Counted from the whole stretch's first letter, positions 1 through 9,348 are shown. The stretch: 61,459 nt of DNA, filler included, from Nitrospinae bacterium RIFCSPLOWO2_12_FULL_45_22 (GCA_001803565.1; 4 parts of 4 records of this genome joined end to end with filler, not necessarily neighbours in it); one strand, 5' to 3'. Notes: generated by a model from the sequence alone, not told the origin. Numbers and translations are program-made.

Positions 1-2
1 AT

Positions 3-122
3 AAACAGCTCCAGGGCAAGGTTGGGAAACGGCAGGTAAAGGACCCCAGACTGGGCCTGACCAGTAATCTGGGTGGTGAGCCCCCAGGCTGCTGTGTCAG
101 CACTATTATAGTGGGGTTATAG
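3..122 (+). CDS. C-terminus of a thiolase (SCP-x type acetyl-CoA acetyltransferase), partial
   Basis: Manual translation KQLQGKVGKRQVKDPRLGLTSNLGGEPPGCCVSTIIVGL* matches the typical thiolase C-terminal 'QL.G..G.RQV....GL..NLGG' motif. Confidence 0.7.
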   Translation, partial: KQLQGKVGKRQVKDPRLGLTSNLGGEPPGCCVSTIIVGL

Positions 123-123
123 A

Positions 124-573
124 ATGATAGAAGGTGCTCGCTGTATGGTGAAGATCAAGCGATTGAAGCCGGCGGCTCAGATCCCACGATATGAATATCC
201 AGATGATTCGGGGGCAGATATCTATGCCATAGAAGAGTGTACGTTACAGCCGTTAGAAAGAAAGGCCATCCCTACAGGGCTCTGTGCCGAAGTGCCGGTG
301 GGCTTTGAGTTGCAAGTCCGGCCAAAGAGTGGGTTGGCGTTAGAGAGCGGGATAACTGTCCTGAACACTCCAGGGACTATTGATTCTGGCTACCGTGGAG
401 AGATAAAAGTTATATTGATAAATTTGGGCTCTGAGTCGTATCAGATAAGAAAGGGTCAGAAAATTGCCCAACTGGTGGCCGCTCCTGTTGTCCGTGTTGA
501 CTTTAGAGAAGTAGAGAGATTGTCTGAATCAGGGCGGGGCATAGGAGGGTTCGGCTCTACCAGTGGAGGGTAA
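124..573 (+). CDS. dut: dUTP diphosphatase
   Basis: dUTPase motifs SGADI, RPKSGLA, PGTIDSGYRGEI, AQLV, RGIGGFGSTS; the real start may be a few codons downstream. Confidence 0.95.
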   Translation: MIEGARCMVKIKRLKPAAQIPRYEYPDDSGADIYAIEECTLQPLERKAIPTGLCAEVPVGFELQVRPKSGLALESGITVLNTPGTIDSGYRGEIKVILINLGSESYQIRKGQKIAQLVAAPVVRVDFREVERLSESGRGIGGFGSTSGG

Positions 574-581
574 TATCAGGA

Positions 582-740
582 GTAACAGTTCACGGGGTTC
601 AATTAACAGGGCTCAGGTAAAGACTTTAAATTTTGTATAGTTATAGATAGTTGTAACTAGCGCGAAGGTTTAATAGCCCGGAGAGGTCTTTGAGTAAAAG
701 CATGTCTGACAACTGATCCCTGATCCCGGTGAACTGTTAC
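582..740. mobile_element. MITE copy 1 (GTAACAGTTCAC terminal inverted repeats)
   Basis: Perfect 12-bp TIRs; body closely similar to copies at 20558, 29247 and 47947; flanks TATCAGGA/TGTCAAAA match 5/8 (possible decayed TSD). Confidence 0.85.
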
Positions 741-742
741 TG

Positions 743-1888
743 TCAAAATATATTTTTTTCTTTTATTAATGTCCCATGGGTGAATCTTTCTGGGCTTAAA
801 GGAGAGATATCCAGGGTAGAGGTCTGGCCGTCTACGACTAGCTCAGCGATGAGCTGCCCGGTAATAGGGGCATGCATGAACCCATGGCCACTGAAACCCA
901 CGGCACAGATAAACCCTTCTACCCCAGGAACTGGGCCTAAGATGGCATGATTATCGGGTGTGATACTCCGCAGGCCAGCCCAACCCCCTACAATGGGGAC
1001 TTCTTCAAAACCGGGAAGACGGTGAATAACGGTAGGGGCCACCTGAGATAATGAGTTCCAATCCAAATTCTTATTAAAGCTGCTCTCTTCCTCGATCTTT
1101 TTGCATAACAGGAACCTATCTCCCTCTTGCTTGAAATAGAACTCCGCCTCCAGGTCAACTACCAGGGGCAACGAGTTGGGATAAGCCCCTGGTGGCTGGG
1201 CGATAAATACCTGTCGGCGATAAGGGGCTACCGGTAGCTCAATCCCTACCATCCTGCTTACTCTGGCGGCATAAGGCCCCGCAGCATTGATTACTAATGG
1301 AGTTGATAGCCGGCCGCTATTAGTTACTACTCCCCTGACTTTCCCCCTTTTTACCTCAATACCAATCACTTCTTTTTCGGTAAAGACCTTTACCCCTAGC
1401 TGCCTGGCTGCCCTGACATATCCCTGGGTAACCAGATAAGGGTCGGCTGAACCATCCTGCCGGCAAAAGGATGCCCCCAAGAGGTCTTCAGTATTTATTA
1501 TCGGGACTAACTCCTGCGTCTGCTCCGGGGTAAGCATTTCGGTCTTTACCTGGAGACGACGCTGCAGTGCTACTCTTTCTTCTAATGCCTTTAATTCCTG
1601 TGGTGATGTGGCCAGGAATAAGTACCCATGTCCTTTATAGTCAATAGGGGTGCCGATCTCATCCTCGAAGACCTGGAACTTACGACTACTTTCCCGGGAT
1701 AGCCGAATATTGATCTCCGTAGAGAATTGGTGCCGGATACCGCCTACACAATCACCGGTAGATTCCGAGCCCAGGAGGGGATTCTTTTCCAGCAGATATA
1801 TTCCGACTACCCCTTTTCTAGCTAAGTGGTAGGCAATACTGCAACCCACTACCCCACCACCAATAATTACTACCTCTGCCGTATCCAT
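743..1888 (-). CDS. FAD-dependent oxidoreductase (DAO / sarcosine oxidase beta-like)
   Basis: GGGVVG FAD motif at the N-terminus, GFSGHGFM at the C-terminus; likely start MDTAEV at 1888. Confidence 0.9.
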   Translation of the reverse strand: MDTAEVVIIGGGVVGCSIAYHLARKGVVGIYLLEKNPLLGSESTGDCVGGIRHQFSTEINIRLSRESSRKFQVFEDEIGTPIDYKGHGYLFLATSPQELKALEERVALQRRLQVKTEMLTPEQTQELVPIINTEDLLGASFCRQDGSADPYLVTQGYVRAARQLGVKVFTEKEVIGIEVKRGKVRGVVTNSGRLSTPLVINAAGPYAARVSRMVGIELPVAPYRRQVFIAQPPGAYPNSLPLVVDLEAEFYFKQEGDRFLLCKKIEEESSFNKNLDWNSLSQVAPTVIHRLPGFEEVPIVGGWAGLRSITPDNHAILGPVPGVEGFICAVGFSGHGFMHAPITGQLIAELVVDGQTSTLDISPLSPERFTHGTLIKEKNIF

Positions 1889-1906
1889 CAGACTTTGTAT
1901 CTTTCG

Positions 1907-1965
1907 GCAGGGCAAGGCCCTGCAGCTACAATCCCAATACCTGTAGCCGCAGCGTCTTACGCTGC
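1907..1965. repeat. Pair of GTAG-type REP-like palindromes
   Basis: TGTAGCTGCAGGGCCTTGCCCTGC (minus strand) and TGTAGCCGCAGCGTCTTACGCTGC (plus strand); a related copy lies at about 29457-29480. Confidence 0.6.
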
Positions 1966-1975
1966 TTAGCCGCTA

Positions 1976-4132
1976 CTAGCCCAACTGAATCAAGGCATCA
2001 ACGGCCTTGACCCCTTTGCCCTCTTCCAGGACTATCAAGGGGTTAATATCTACTGCCAGGACCAGGTCACTTAGGTCACGAGCCAACTGCGATAGCTTCC
2101 AGATTACCTCTACCGTGGCCTTAATATCACCTTTCGGTCTACCCCTGGCCCCAGCCAATATCTCGTAACCTCTGATCTCCTGGACCATCTCGTGTGCCTC
2201 ATCCCGACCTATCGGTACCACCCTTAACGATACATCCTTCAATATCTCTGTATATATCCCTCCCAAACCAAACAGCACCGTGGGACCAAAGGATGCATCC
2301 CGGGCTATTCCCACTATAATCTCTGTACCACCCAGAATCATTTCTTGAATCAATACCCCTTTTATCTCTACCTGGGTATGGTATGCCCGGGCCTTCTTTA
2401 AGAGCGGCTGATAATACTGTTCCAACTCTCTCTCATTGGCCACATTCAGTTGGATAACCTGGGCTTCGGTCTTATGAGGAATCTGGGGGGATATAACCTT
2501 CATAGCTACCGGGTAGCCAATGTCTTTCGCCAGTTGCCTGGCCTCATCCAGCGAATTAGCCAGCCCTTCGCGGGTCATTGGGATATCATATTTAGCCAGT
2601 AGGGACTTGCTCTCCTCTTCAGTCAGGACCCCTCTTTTCGCCTTGAGCCCTTCTCGCACTAATTCTAGGTCTACCGGAGAAAATATTTCTTCCGGTTTTC
2701 GCTCCTTTTGAGACTTCTCCCCTTCCCACTTTTCTTTAAAGCGGGCATAATCAGCTACCGCTTTTATAGACCTCAGACACTCATAGAAACGTCTGAAAAT
2801 CGGCAGCGGGCCCTTTTCGGCTGGCTTTATACAGTCATCAGTCATGCTACCGCCAGTAACCATACCGATTATAGGTTTTTTTGCTATGGGCAGCAGTTCC
2901 CCGATGGACTCCAGTATCCCTTTACCTAAATTGCCGAATATATTGGTAAAGATCAACAACAAAGCATCTATATTGTCATCCTGAAGGAGGAGATCCAGGC
3001 ATTTCTTATAGAGTTTCGGGTCGGATGCGACTTGACCTGTGAGGTCTAAGGGGTTTTGGGGGGTACCAAAGGTTTGTAACTTCCCTATCTCTTCCTGGAT
3101 GGGGGGTGTGAGGTGGGGAATCCTTATCCCCACAAAGGCACAATTATCGGCCATAACCGCTGCGGAGCCACCCGAGGTGGTCATGATTCCCAGCCGATCT
3201 CCTTTTGGTAGCTTAGTTTTTGCTAATATTTTTATTATTCCTACCAGATCATCATAGCTCTGGGCCATTATGACCCCTTTTTGTTTAAGGGCTGCTTTGT
3301 ATACCTGACTGGAACCCGCTAAGGCGCCGGTATGGGCCAGGATAGCACGGGCACCCTCCTCTGAGTTGCCTGCCCGCAGGATAACCAAAATTTTCTTCAA
3401 TGCTATGGCTTGATCGGCCAGCGCCAGGAATCTTTTAGGATTTTTGAAGCTCTCAATGAAAGCCCCTATAATGTCTATATTAGGATCATGCAGCAGGTAT
3501 TCCAGGAAGTCGCACACCTCTAAATCGACCTCATTCCCGGTAGAGATAAGGTAACTTGAGCCTACACCTTTATCCAGGAGCCTGTTTACTAGCGAAATGG
3601 CCAGGGAACCGCTCTGGGCAATCACACCTACCCTTCCTGGGATCAAGTTTAGATCATGCACCGGGGCAAAGGTGGCAAAGATTCCATCAGACAAATTAAC
3701 TATCCCGAGACAGTTAGGGCCCATGACCCTTATCCCGGTACGACACACAATCTCTCTTATCGTTTCCTGTCTGTTTAGCCCATCATTTCCCACTTCCGCG
3801 AAGCCCCCAGCGCCAATAATAGCTGCCTTTACCCCGCATCTGCCACACTCTTCCAAAACCTCGATGACCCGCCCATAAGAGAGGAGGATAAAGGCCAGAT
3901 CAAGGTCTTTTATCGGGATATCTGAGACTGAGGGGTAGCATCGTAAGCCCCATACTTCTTCATATTTAGGATTTATAGGGAAGATCTTACCCGGGTAACC
4001 ACTCTTTTGTAAAAGATGCAGCGGCATATTCACAATTAAATTCCCTGAGTCAGGCGAACAGCCATAGATAGCTATAGATTTTGGCCGGAATATGGCCTCC
4101 AGGTGGTGGGGGATTAGATACGTCTTGTCCAT
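1976..4132 (-). CDS. Acetate/acyl--CoA ligase (ADP-forming), fused alpha-beta
   Basis: CoA-binding domain, GPNCLG, QSG, HTGALAG phospho-His motif, C-terminal ATP-grasp (HKTE, DINPL). Confidence 0.9.
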   Translation of the reverse strand: MDKTYLIPHHLEAIFRPKSIAIYGCSPDSGNLIVNMPLHLLQKSGYPGKIFPINPKYEEVWGLRCYPSVSDIPIKDLDLAFILLSYGRVIEVLEECGRCGVKAAIIGAGGFAEVGNDGLNRQETIREIVCRTGIRVMGPNCLGIVNLSDGIFATFAPVHDLNLIPGRVGVIAQSGSLAISLVNRLLDKGVGSSYLISTGNEVDLEVCDFLEYLLHDPNIDIIGAFIESFKNPKRFLALADQAIALKKILVILRAGNSEEGARAILAHTGALAGSSQVYKAALKQKGVIMAQSYDDLVGIIKILAKTKLPKGDRLGIMTTSGGSAAVMADNCAFVGIRIPHLTPPIQEEIGKLQTFGTPQNPLDLTGQVASDPKLYKKCLDLLLQDDNIDALLLIFTNIFGNLGKGILESIGELLPIAKKPIIGMVTGGSMTDDCIKPAEKGPLPIFRRFYECLRSIKAVADYARFKEKWEGEKSQKERKPEEIFSPVDLELVREGLKAKRGVLTEEESKSLLAKYDIPMTREGLANSLDEARQLAKDIGYPVAMKVISPQIPHKTEAQVIQLNVANERELEQYYQPLLKKARAYHTQVEIKGVLIQEMILGGTEIIVGIARDASFGPTVLFGLGGIYTEILKDVSLRVVPIGRDEAHEMVQEIRGYEILAGARGRPKGDIKATVEVIWKLSQLARDLSDLVLAVDINPLIVLEEGKGVKAVDALIQLG

Positions 4133-4174
4133 TTATTGTCCCTCCTAATTATGGGGTATGAAATTAGTAACCGT

Positions 4175-4531
4175 TTACCGCAGAGCACGCAGAGAAAACA
4201 GAGTTAAAAGGCAAAGCGCAAAGCTAAGGAATTATTCCTAAGTGCATCATTTCATAAATACAGTTACGTATTATGCCTATTTTTTGCCTTCTTTTTTATT
4301 AGGAAACCAAGAGGCCAGGAAATTAACCCCGTCTAAGCGGCGGTTAACATCCCCTATTTTTAACCTCTCCTGTATTCCTGGTTTCTTTATCATAAGCGCT
4401 TTCTCTCAAATACGTCACCGTAATTATGGATTAGAGCACTTAGCTTTACATTAGCTTTACATTAGCTTTACCTTTTGCCCTTTGTCCTTTTAGCTTCCTT
4501 ATATGTCTCATCCCGGCGTTCTCGGCGGTAA
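4175..4531. repeat. Nested multi-layer palindromic intergenic element
   Basis: Four concentric imperfect inverted-repeat pairs around a central hairpin (see findings). Confidence 0.7.
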
Positions 4532-4616
4532 GATATTATGCTTAATTTAAAAACTTCTTGACCTGTTGTCAAACAACTTGCCTACTATTGTCATTCCTTG
4601 GCAGGGGCCATGGGGG

Positions 4617-5726
4617 TCATAAGGACATCTTTTGTAAGATGAGGTCCTGGAAGGCTTCCTGATCCGTTATTAATTCCATGCTGAGCTTGAGGTACCAGAG
4701 GGGGAAGTCCAACGGTTGATAAGGAATGAGCCTTACGTAGTCTTTTTGTGTAGTCAAGACCATATCGGCTGATAAAGCCTTACTGTCTTGAGCGATCTCC
4801 TTTAATTGGGAGATTCTATACCTATGATGGTCTTTAAAAGCCTTAAAGAGAACCAGATTACCACCCAGCTCCTGAATCAACCCTTTGAAAGAGTCAGGGT
4901 TAGCTATACCACAGAAGGCCAGGACTTTTTTATCCTTTAAATATTCAACGTCTTTATCTTCGCCTGTCAAGGTATTTATTAGTCTTTGCCCTTGTTGGTG
5001 GCTCTGGAATACCGGGATAGATAGCCCAAGCGTCTGGTAGTGATAAAAGATTTCTGGATTAGGTTCTCTCTGAACCCGGGTCAGGAGCAGGGCATGAGCC
5101 CTTCGGATGCTATTTACCGATTCCCTTAGCAAGCCCCGGGGTAAGACCTTATGGTTGCCAAAGGGCCTGGAGGCATCCAGTAAGAGGATGTTTAAATCCC
5201 TTGCTAGAGCCAGGTGCTGAAAACCATCATCCAGGATAACTAAATCAATAGCAAAATTTTGCCAGGCATATTCTCCAAGCCTATACCGGTCTTTGCCAAC
5301 CAGCACCGGGGTATTTTTTAAGTTCCGGGCCAGTAAATAGGGTTCATCCCCCGCTTGCCCTGGCTCCGCCAATATCTTTTCACCGTCAGAGACGACCACA
5401 ACTTTTTTACGACCCTGTCTCTTATAACCCCGGCTCAGGACTGCTACCTTAAAGCCCTGGTTTTGTAAAAACCTTACTAATAGCTCCACTACTGGCGTCT
5501 TGCCCGTACCACCACTGGTTATATTGCCTACACTGATAACTTTGCAAGGTAGCTTCCGGGTCCTCATTATGCCCGTTGCATAAAGTTTTACCCGCAGTGC
5601 CTGAATTAGTTGATATAGTATGGAGATCAGCTCCAAGGGGAAAAGTATAATATCCCATGGCCGGCCAACTTCTTCCCTCAACGGGCGCCACTGCCCCACT
5701 CTACCAATCATAGAGATACCCTCCAA
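4617..5726 (-). CDS. lpxK: Tetraacyldisaccharide 4'-kinase
   Basis: VGNITSGGTGKTP, SRGY, GDEP, LDDGFQH, PRGLLRE, GIANP, FKDHH, TQKD motifs. Confidence 0.95.
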   Translation of the reverse strand: MEGISMIGRVGQWRPLREEVGRPWDIILFPLELISILYQLIQALRVKLYATGIMRTRKLPCKVISVGNITSGGTGKTPVVELLVRFLQNQGFKVAVLSRGYKRQGRKKVVVVSDGEKILAEPGQAGDEPYLLARNLKNTPVLVGKDRYRLGEYAWQNFAIDLVILDDGFQHLALARDLNILLLDASRPFGNHKVLPRGLLRESVNSIRRAHALLLTRVQREPNPEIFYHYQTLGLSIPVFQSHQQGQRLINTLTGEDKDVEYLKDKKVLAFCGIANPDSFKGLIQELGGNLVLFKAFKDHHRYRISQLKEIAQDSKALSADMVLTTQKDYVRLIPYQPLDFPLWYLKLSMELITDQEAFQDLILQKMSL

Positions 5727-5829
5727 GGGCTTTATTCTCGTGTTATCTTAAATGAAAATTACTATACGCTCAAAATAAACGGTTGTCATTTCGTTCTACC
5801 TGGATTTAGCTCCCACCGTTCGACCTACT

Positions 5830-5984
5830 TCGTAATGCGGGTCGCCTTTTCGATCATCCAAATTGTGCAGACCGGTAGACTAACCCCAAGCCAACCATTT
5901 AGATTTATCGTTCCTTTTCCGTGAAGCCAGCAAATACTTTGTCAGCTTCTCATGAGAAATAAGTGTATTTTCCGGCAGCTTCAT
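5830..5984 (-). pseudogene. Decayed cassette ORF, DUF6883-like
   Basis: MKLPENTLISHEKLTKYLLASRKRNDKSKWLAWG* followed by an out-of-frame 'TIWMIEKATRITK' fragment; starts just after the R' end of attC-4. Confidence 0.5.
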
Positions 5985-5998
5985 TTATTTCTTCACCA

Positions 5999-6127
5999 CG
6001 GTAACGATAGAACTCACCAGCCTGCGGGTAAGAGGCACAACCCGTGCAAACCAAAGACATAGAACGAAGCCAGGAACTCTCGATTCAACACTAGGGTAAG
6101 CAGGTCTGGTGCAGTGAATTGTTATGC
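5999..6127 (-). other. attC site 4 (129 bp)
   Basis: Minus strand GCATAAC-aattcactgcaccagacctgc ... gcaggctggtgagttctatc-GTTACCG; complementary arms with R''/R' boxes. Confidence 0.8.
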
Positions 6128-6132
6128 CTTTT

Positions 6133-6365
6133 TTATAGATTAAGCTCTTTAGCAACCGTATCAAGAGGAGCAGTAGGCAGATCCTTTGATTCTTCTTTTT
6201 CTTTTCTAAGCTCTTTTATATCTTCAAAATCTTCTAATGCCTCTTCGATTTGCAAAAACTCCTCCTCACATTCTATACTCTGGGGTATGATTGGTCAATT
6301 TCTTTACGTCTCCCTGAAGATTATCTTCAAGAAGCTTCAGCTTTTCAACTATCCTTTTTCCATCC
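6133..6365 (-). pseudogene. Remnant RelE-like toxin fragment plus antitoxin C-terminal fragment
   Basis: Manual translation DGKRIVEKLKLLEDNLQGDVKKLTNHTPEYRM* (RelE/ParE-like) then EEEFLQIEEALEDFEDIKELRKEKEESKDLPTAPLDTVAKELNL* (antitoxin tail), ending just before attC-4. Confidence 0.65.
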
Positions 6366-6415
6366 TGACGCAAACGCGCCAGCGTTTAGCGGTCAGGTGG
6401 AGCGTCATGTTCGGC
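6364..6415 (-). other. attC site 3, truncated (L'/R' end deleted)
   Basis: Minus strand GCCGAAC-atgacgctcca then hairpin cctgaccgctaaacg..cgtttgcgtcagg; GCCGAAC is the exact complement of the GTTCGGC core that opens this cassette at 7082. Confidence 0.7.
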
Positions 6416-6631
6416 TATACGTTCTCTTGAATCTTTTATAGCCTCAAGAATATCCTTAGTGGTTGCTTTGGTTTTTATGCCAGGGATATCAAAAGGAGAT
6501 TTTGGATTTTTTTTAAAGACAATTGCAAATGTTTCTCCACCTCGCCTTTTTATTATCACTTCTTCCTCACGTGCGATATTAAGAACCTCAGCGAACCGCT
6601 GTCTTGCTTCGGAATATGTATAGACTTTCAT
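6386..6631 (-). CDS. Phd/YefM-family antitoxin
   Basis: MKVYTYSEARQRFAEVLNIAREEEVIIKRR Phd signature; paired with a PIN toxin. Confidence 0.85.
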   Translation of the reverse strand: MKVYTYSEARQRFAEVLNIAREEEVIIKRRGGETFAIVFKKNPKSPFDIPGIKTKATTKDILEAIKDSRERIAEHDAPPDR

Positions 6632-6636
6632 AATAT

Positions 6637-7039
6637 TTACTCCATAACTTGAATGCCAATTTTCTGGGCAATTTCTTTCATCCGCCGATCAAGAGTCAAT
6701 AATGGGCTGCGCAAGTTAAGAGCACATTCCAAAAAATAGGCATCGTATGCATATATGTTACACTCAGTTGCAATATTTAAAGCCGCTCGTATATCGATCC
6801 GCCTTAATTCAACCGGTATATGCTGAACCATATCCCAGGCGAAAACGACCTCATCAGTCTTCAACGCATTTTTTTTCATCATCGTCGTTAAGGCGTTACC
6901 AATTTCAAAAGGCAATACTTCGGGTGCTACCAGATCGTATCCTTCGGTAAGGCGTATTATCATATCCTTTTCGGGCTCATTTAAAGCTACAGCNNNNNNN
7001 NNNNGCAATAAAAGTATTTGTGTCAGCAATAACTTTCAT
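6637..7039 (-). CDS. VapC/PIN-domain toxin
   Basis: True start MKVIADTNTFIA at 7039 (the 10-N gap shifts the frame artificially); PIN motifs FEIGNAL, YAYDAYFL, LLTLD. Confidence 0.85.
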
Positions 7040-7075
7040 ATGTACAATTGTGCTTTAGAATTTAATTTTTGTCAA

Positions 7076-7138
7076 GCCGAACGGCTCGGATGAGGGGCGC
7101 GCGCTTTTTGCGCGTCCCTCTCGAGCCGTTAGTTATGT
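7076..7138 (-). other. attC site 2 (63 bp)
   Basis: Minus strand ACATAAC-taacggctcgagagggacgcgc-(A-rich loop)-gcgcgcgcccctcatccgagcc-GTTCGGC; classic short attC starting 8 bp after the upstream stop codon. Confidence 0.9.
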
Positions 7139-7145
7139 GTTCTTT

Positions 7146-7916
7146 TCATTCCGTGATCGCCCCTCTCAAAATACTTTTGAATAAATCGCTCCATGTTAAC
7201 CAGCCCATATTGGCTGCAACGGTCTGAATAGGTGGAATATCTATTCCTTCAAGTGCTTTCCTCAGAGGACTTAAACTGTAGTTTCTTCCAAACTTATAGT
7301 AATTGGATAGCCAAGCGCTTTTCCATTTATCATCAAATCCTTTTTGTACTGGTGCAAGCGCTTCAGATTTATTTTTTCTTTTAGTCAGTTTCTCAAGCGG
7401 TGCTATATCAAGAAAGATAAAAAAGAATTCCCTTGTGTCGTTCAAGGGAGAATCAAGACCGATTCGTAGTTTTCTGGCAATTTGATCATGTGGCTTAGTC
7501 GGTAGCGACGCCATACTCATTGGGCTGTATAATTTTGCTTCAATGAATATCAATTTTCCCGGTAATTCTATGCTCGCATCTACTTCGGTTGATTCCTTTG
7601 TGGAAGAACCGGTATATTGTTTGCCAATATAAATTTGGATTTCATTTTCTTTAAATTTGCCATCCTTGAACAAGAATTTGTTCTGTCCTTGGTACGCGTC
7701 CTCAAATATTTCATCCAATACAGATACTTTCTTCTTTATAGGTAAGCTGTATAGCACATCGAAACAGGACCATGTTAATGCATCCTCGCTGTGAGAATTG
7801 AACCCATTATTCCACTTGTGCTGCATTCCTTTATAGTCTTGTTTGAGAAAGGCTTCCAAAGCTTTTTCTCTGCCAGGCAAAATTACATGGTTACGTCGAT
7901 AGTCTTTATAGATCAT
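7146..7916 (-). CDS. Putative PD-(D/E)XK nuclease
   Basis: SEDALTW motif and TEVD...IFIEAK (D...EAK) active-site-like pattern. Confidence 0.6.
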   Translation of the reverse strand: MIYKDYRRNHVILPGREKALEAFLKQDYKGMQHKWNNGFNSHSEDALTWSCFDVLYSLPIKKKVSVLDEIFEDAYQGQNKFLFKDGKFKENEIQIYIGKQYTGSSTKESTEVDASIELPGKLIFIEAKLYSPMSMASLPTKPHDQIARKLRIGLDSPLNDTREFFFIFLDIAPLEKLTKRKNKSEALAPVQKGFDDKWKSAWLSNYYKFGRNYSLSPLRKALEGIDIPPIQTVAANMGWLTWSDLFKSILRGAITE

Positions 7917-7983
7917 TGGCTATTCCGCTTTTGCCGATAGCTTTGACGTAACCATCTTTCCCTAAAAAAGAGCAAGAAAAGGG

Positions 7984-8012
7984 TTGACTCATTTGGTAAA
8001 CCCCAGTATATT
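7984..8012 (+). promoter_or_regulatory. Sigma70 promoter of the MTase gene, probably leaderless
   Basis: TTGACT-N17-TATATT with ATG 7 bp downstream at 8020; imperfect inverted repeat GGGTTGAC/GTAAACCC over the -35. Confidence 0.55.
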
Positions 8013-8019
8013 ACCCATC

Positions 8020-9348
8020 ATGAAACGAACAAAGCATCCCATCATCGTCAACGAGGACCTGGACATGCACCAGTTTGGACAACACCTGAGGGCTATCCGT
8101 ATTGGGTGCGGCTTGACCCAAGCCGCAGTCTCGAAACAACTGAATGTCTCTAAGGGATATATTTCCCGCCTTGAGGGAGGCAAGGCTCGCCCGTCGGAAT
8201 CGGCGGTTCGGCGACTTGCCGAGGCATGTGGGACTGATCCTGGTTCTCTCCTGATCCTGGCAGGTTACTTGCCTGGAGACATCCGAGATATTTTCAGGCA
8301 ATACCCCACGAAAGCGCCAGCGGTCTTGCGAGAAACATTCCGGGACAATGGTTATGAGACGGAAGAAAGAACCGGAATTGCAGCGGCTGTCGCCGAACCA
8401 CATGCGGTCTTTCAAGCAAATGAAGCAACCTACGATCTTGTCCAGGGAGATTGCTTCGAGTGGATGGAGCGCCATCAAGCCGATAGTATTCATGCCATTG
8501 TCACGGATCCGCCCTACGGCTTAAAGGAATACACGGACATTGAGAAATCCAAACTCAGGCGCGGCCGTGGGGGCGTTTGGCGAATCCCTCCTGCTATTGG
8601 TGGATGCGTCCGTCGTCCGCTGCCGAGGTTCACAGTTCTCAACAACGATGACAAACAAGAACTCGCAGAGTTTTTTCGGAAGTGGGGCGAGCGTGCATTT
8701 GCGGTTCTCGTTCCGGGGGGGCACGTGTTCATAGCCACCAACCCGCTTCTCTCTCAGTTGATTTACACAGCCCTCCTTGAAAGCGGATTCGAAAAGCGTG
8801 GCGAGATCATCCGCTTGGTTCAGACTCTTCGCGGCGGAGACCGTCCCAAGAATGCGCACGATGAGTTCAAAGACGTCACTGTCATGCCTCGATCCTGTTG
8901 GGAACCATGGGGTCTCTTCAGAAAACCTTGCGAGGGTCGAGTCCAGGACAACCTCCGTAAGTGGAAGACGGGGGGGCTTCGTAGGGTTGGCTTGGATCAA
9001 CCGTTCTGCGATGTTATTAGAAGCTCTCCGACGCGCTCCATTGAGCGCGAGATTGCTCCACATCCGTCCCTCAAACCACAGGGGTTTATGCGCGAGATAG
9101 TGCGTGCGGCATTGCCCCTTGGGGAAGGTATCGTCCTTGACCCATTCATGGGCGGAGGTTCGACCGTTGCTGCCGCATTGGCAGTCGGCTACACAAGCAT
9201 TGGAATCGAAAACGATCCACAGTTCTTCGCGATGGCAAAAGAGGCAATCCCGAGGCTGGCAGCTCTGGTGCCTAATGGGCAGCCCAAGGAGCGATCTTCC
9301 CGTATTTCGAGGGGCACCGCAAGCACCCAGCCGACCCTGTTTGATTGA
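8020..9348 (+). CDS. XRE-HTH fused N6/N4 DNA methyltransferase (beta class)
   Basis: N-terminal XRE HTH (LTQAAVSKQLNVSKGYISRLEGG); DPPY catalytic motif precedes HPSLKP and the DPFMGGGST SAM motif. Confidence 0.9.
   Translation: MKRTKHPIIVNEDLDMHQFGQHLRAIRIGCGLTQAAVSKQLNVSKGYISRLEGGKARPSESAVRRLAEACGTDPGSLLILAGYLPGDIRDIFRQYPTKAPAVLRETFRDNGYETEERTGIAAAVAEPHAVFQANEATYDLVQGDCFEWMERHQADSIHAIVTDPPYGLKEYTDIEKSKLRRGRGGVWRIPPAIGGCVRRPLPRFTVLNNDDKQELAEFFRKWGERAFAVLVPGGHVFIATNPLLSQLIYTALLESGFEKRGEIIRLVQTLRGGDRPKNAHDEFKDVTVMPRSCWEPWGLFRKPCEGRVQDNLRKWKTGGLRRVGLDQPFCDVIRSSPTRSIEREIAPHPSLKPQGFMREIVRAALPLGEGIVLDPFMGGGSTVAAALAVGYTSIGIENDPQFFAMAKEAIPRLAALVPNGQPKERSSRISRGTASTQPTLFD

Noticed and set aside
5805-5826. 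Possible fifth attC start (GTCGAAC on the minus strand) before lpxK
   Set aside because: No complementary arm or R' box found; too weak to call.
6994-7003. Apparent frameshift in vapC
   Set aside because: Caused by a 10-N scaffold gap. The flanks share a GC and join to give FIAVALN, so this is not evidence of pseudogenisation.
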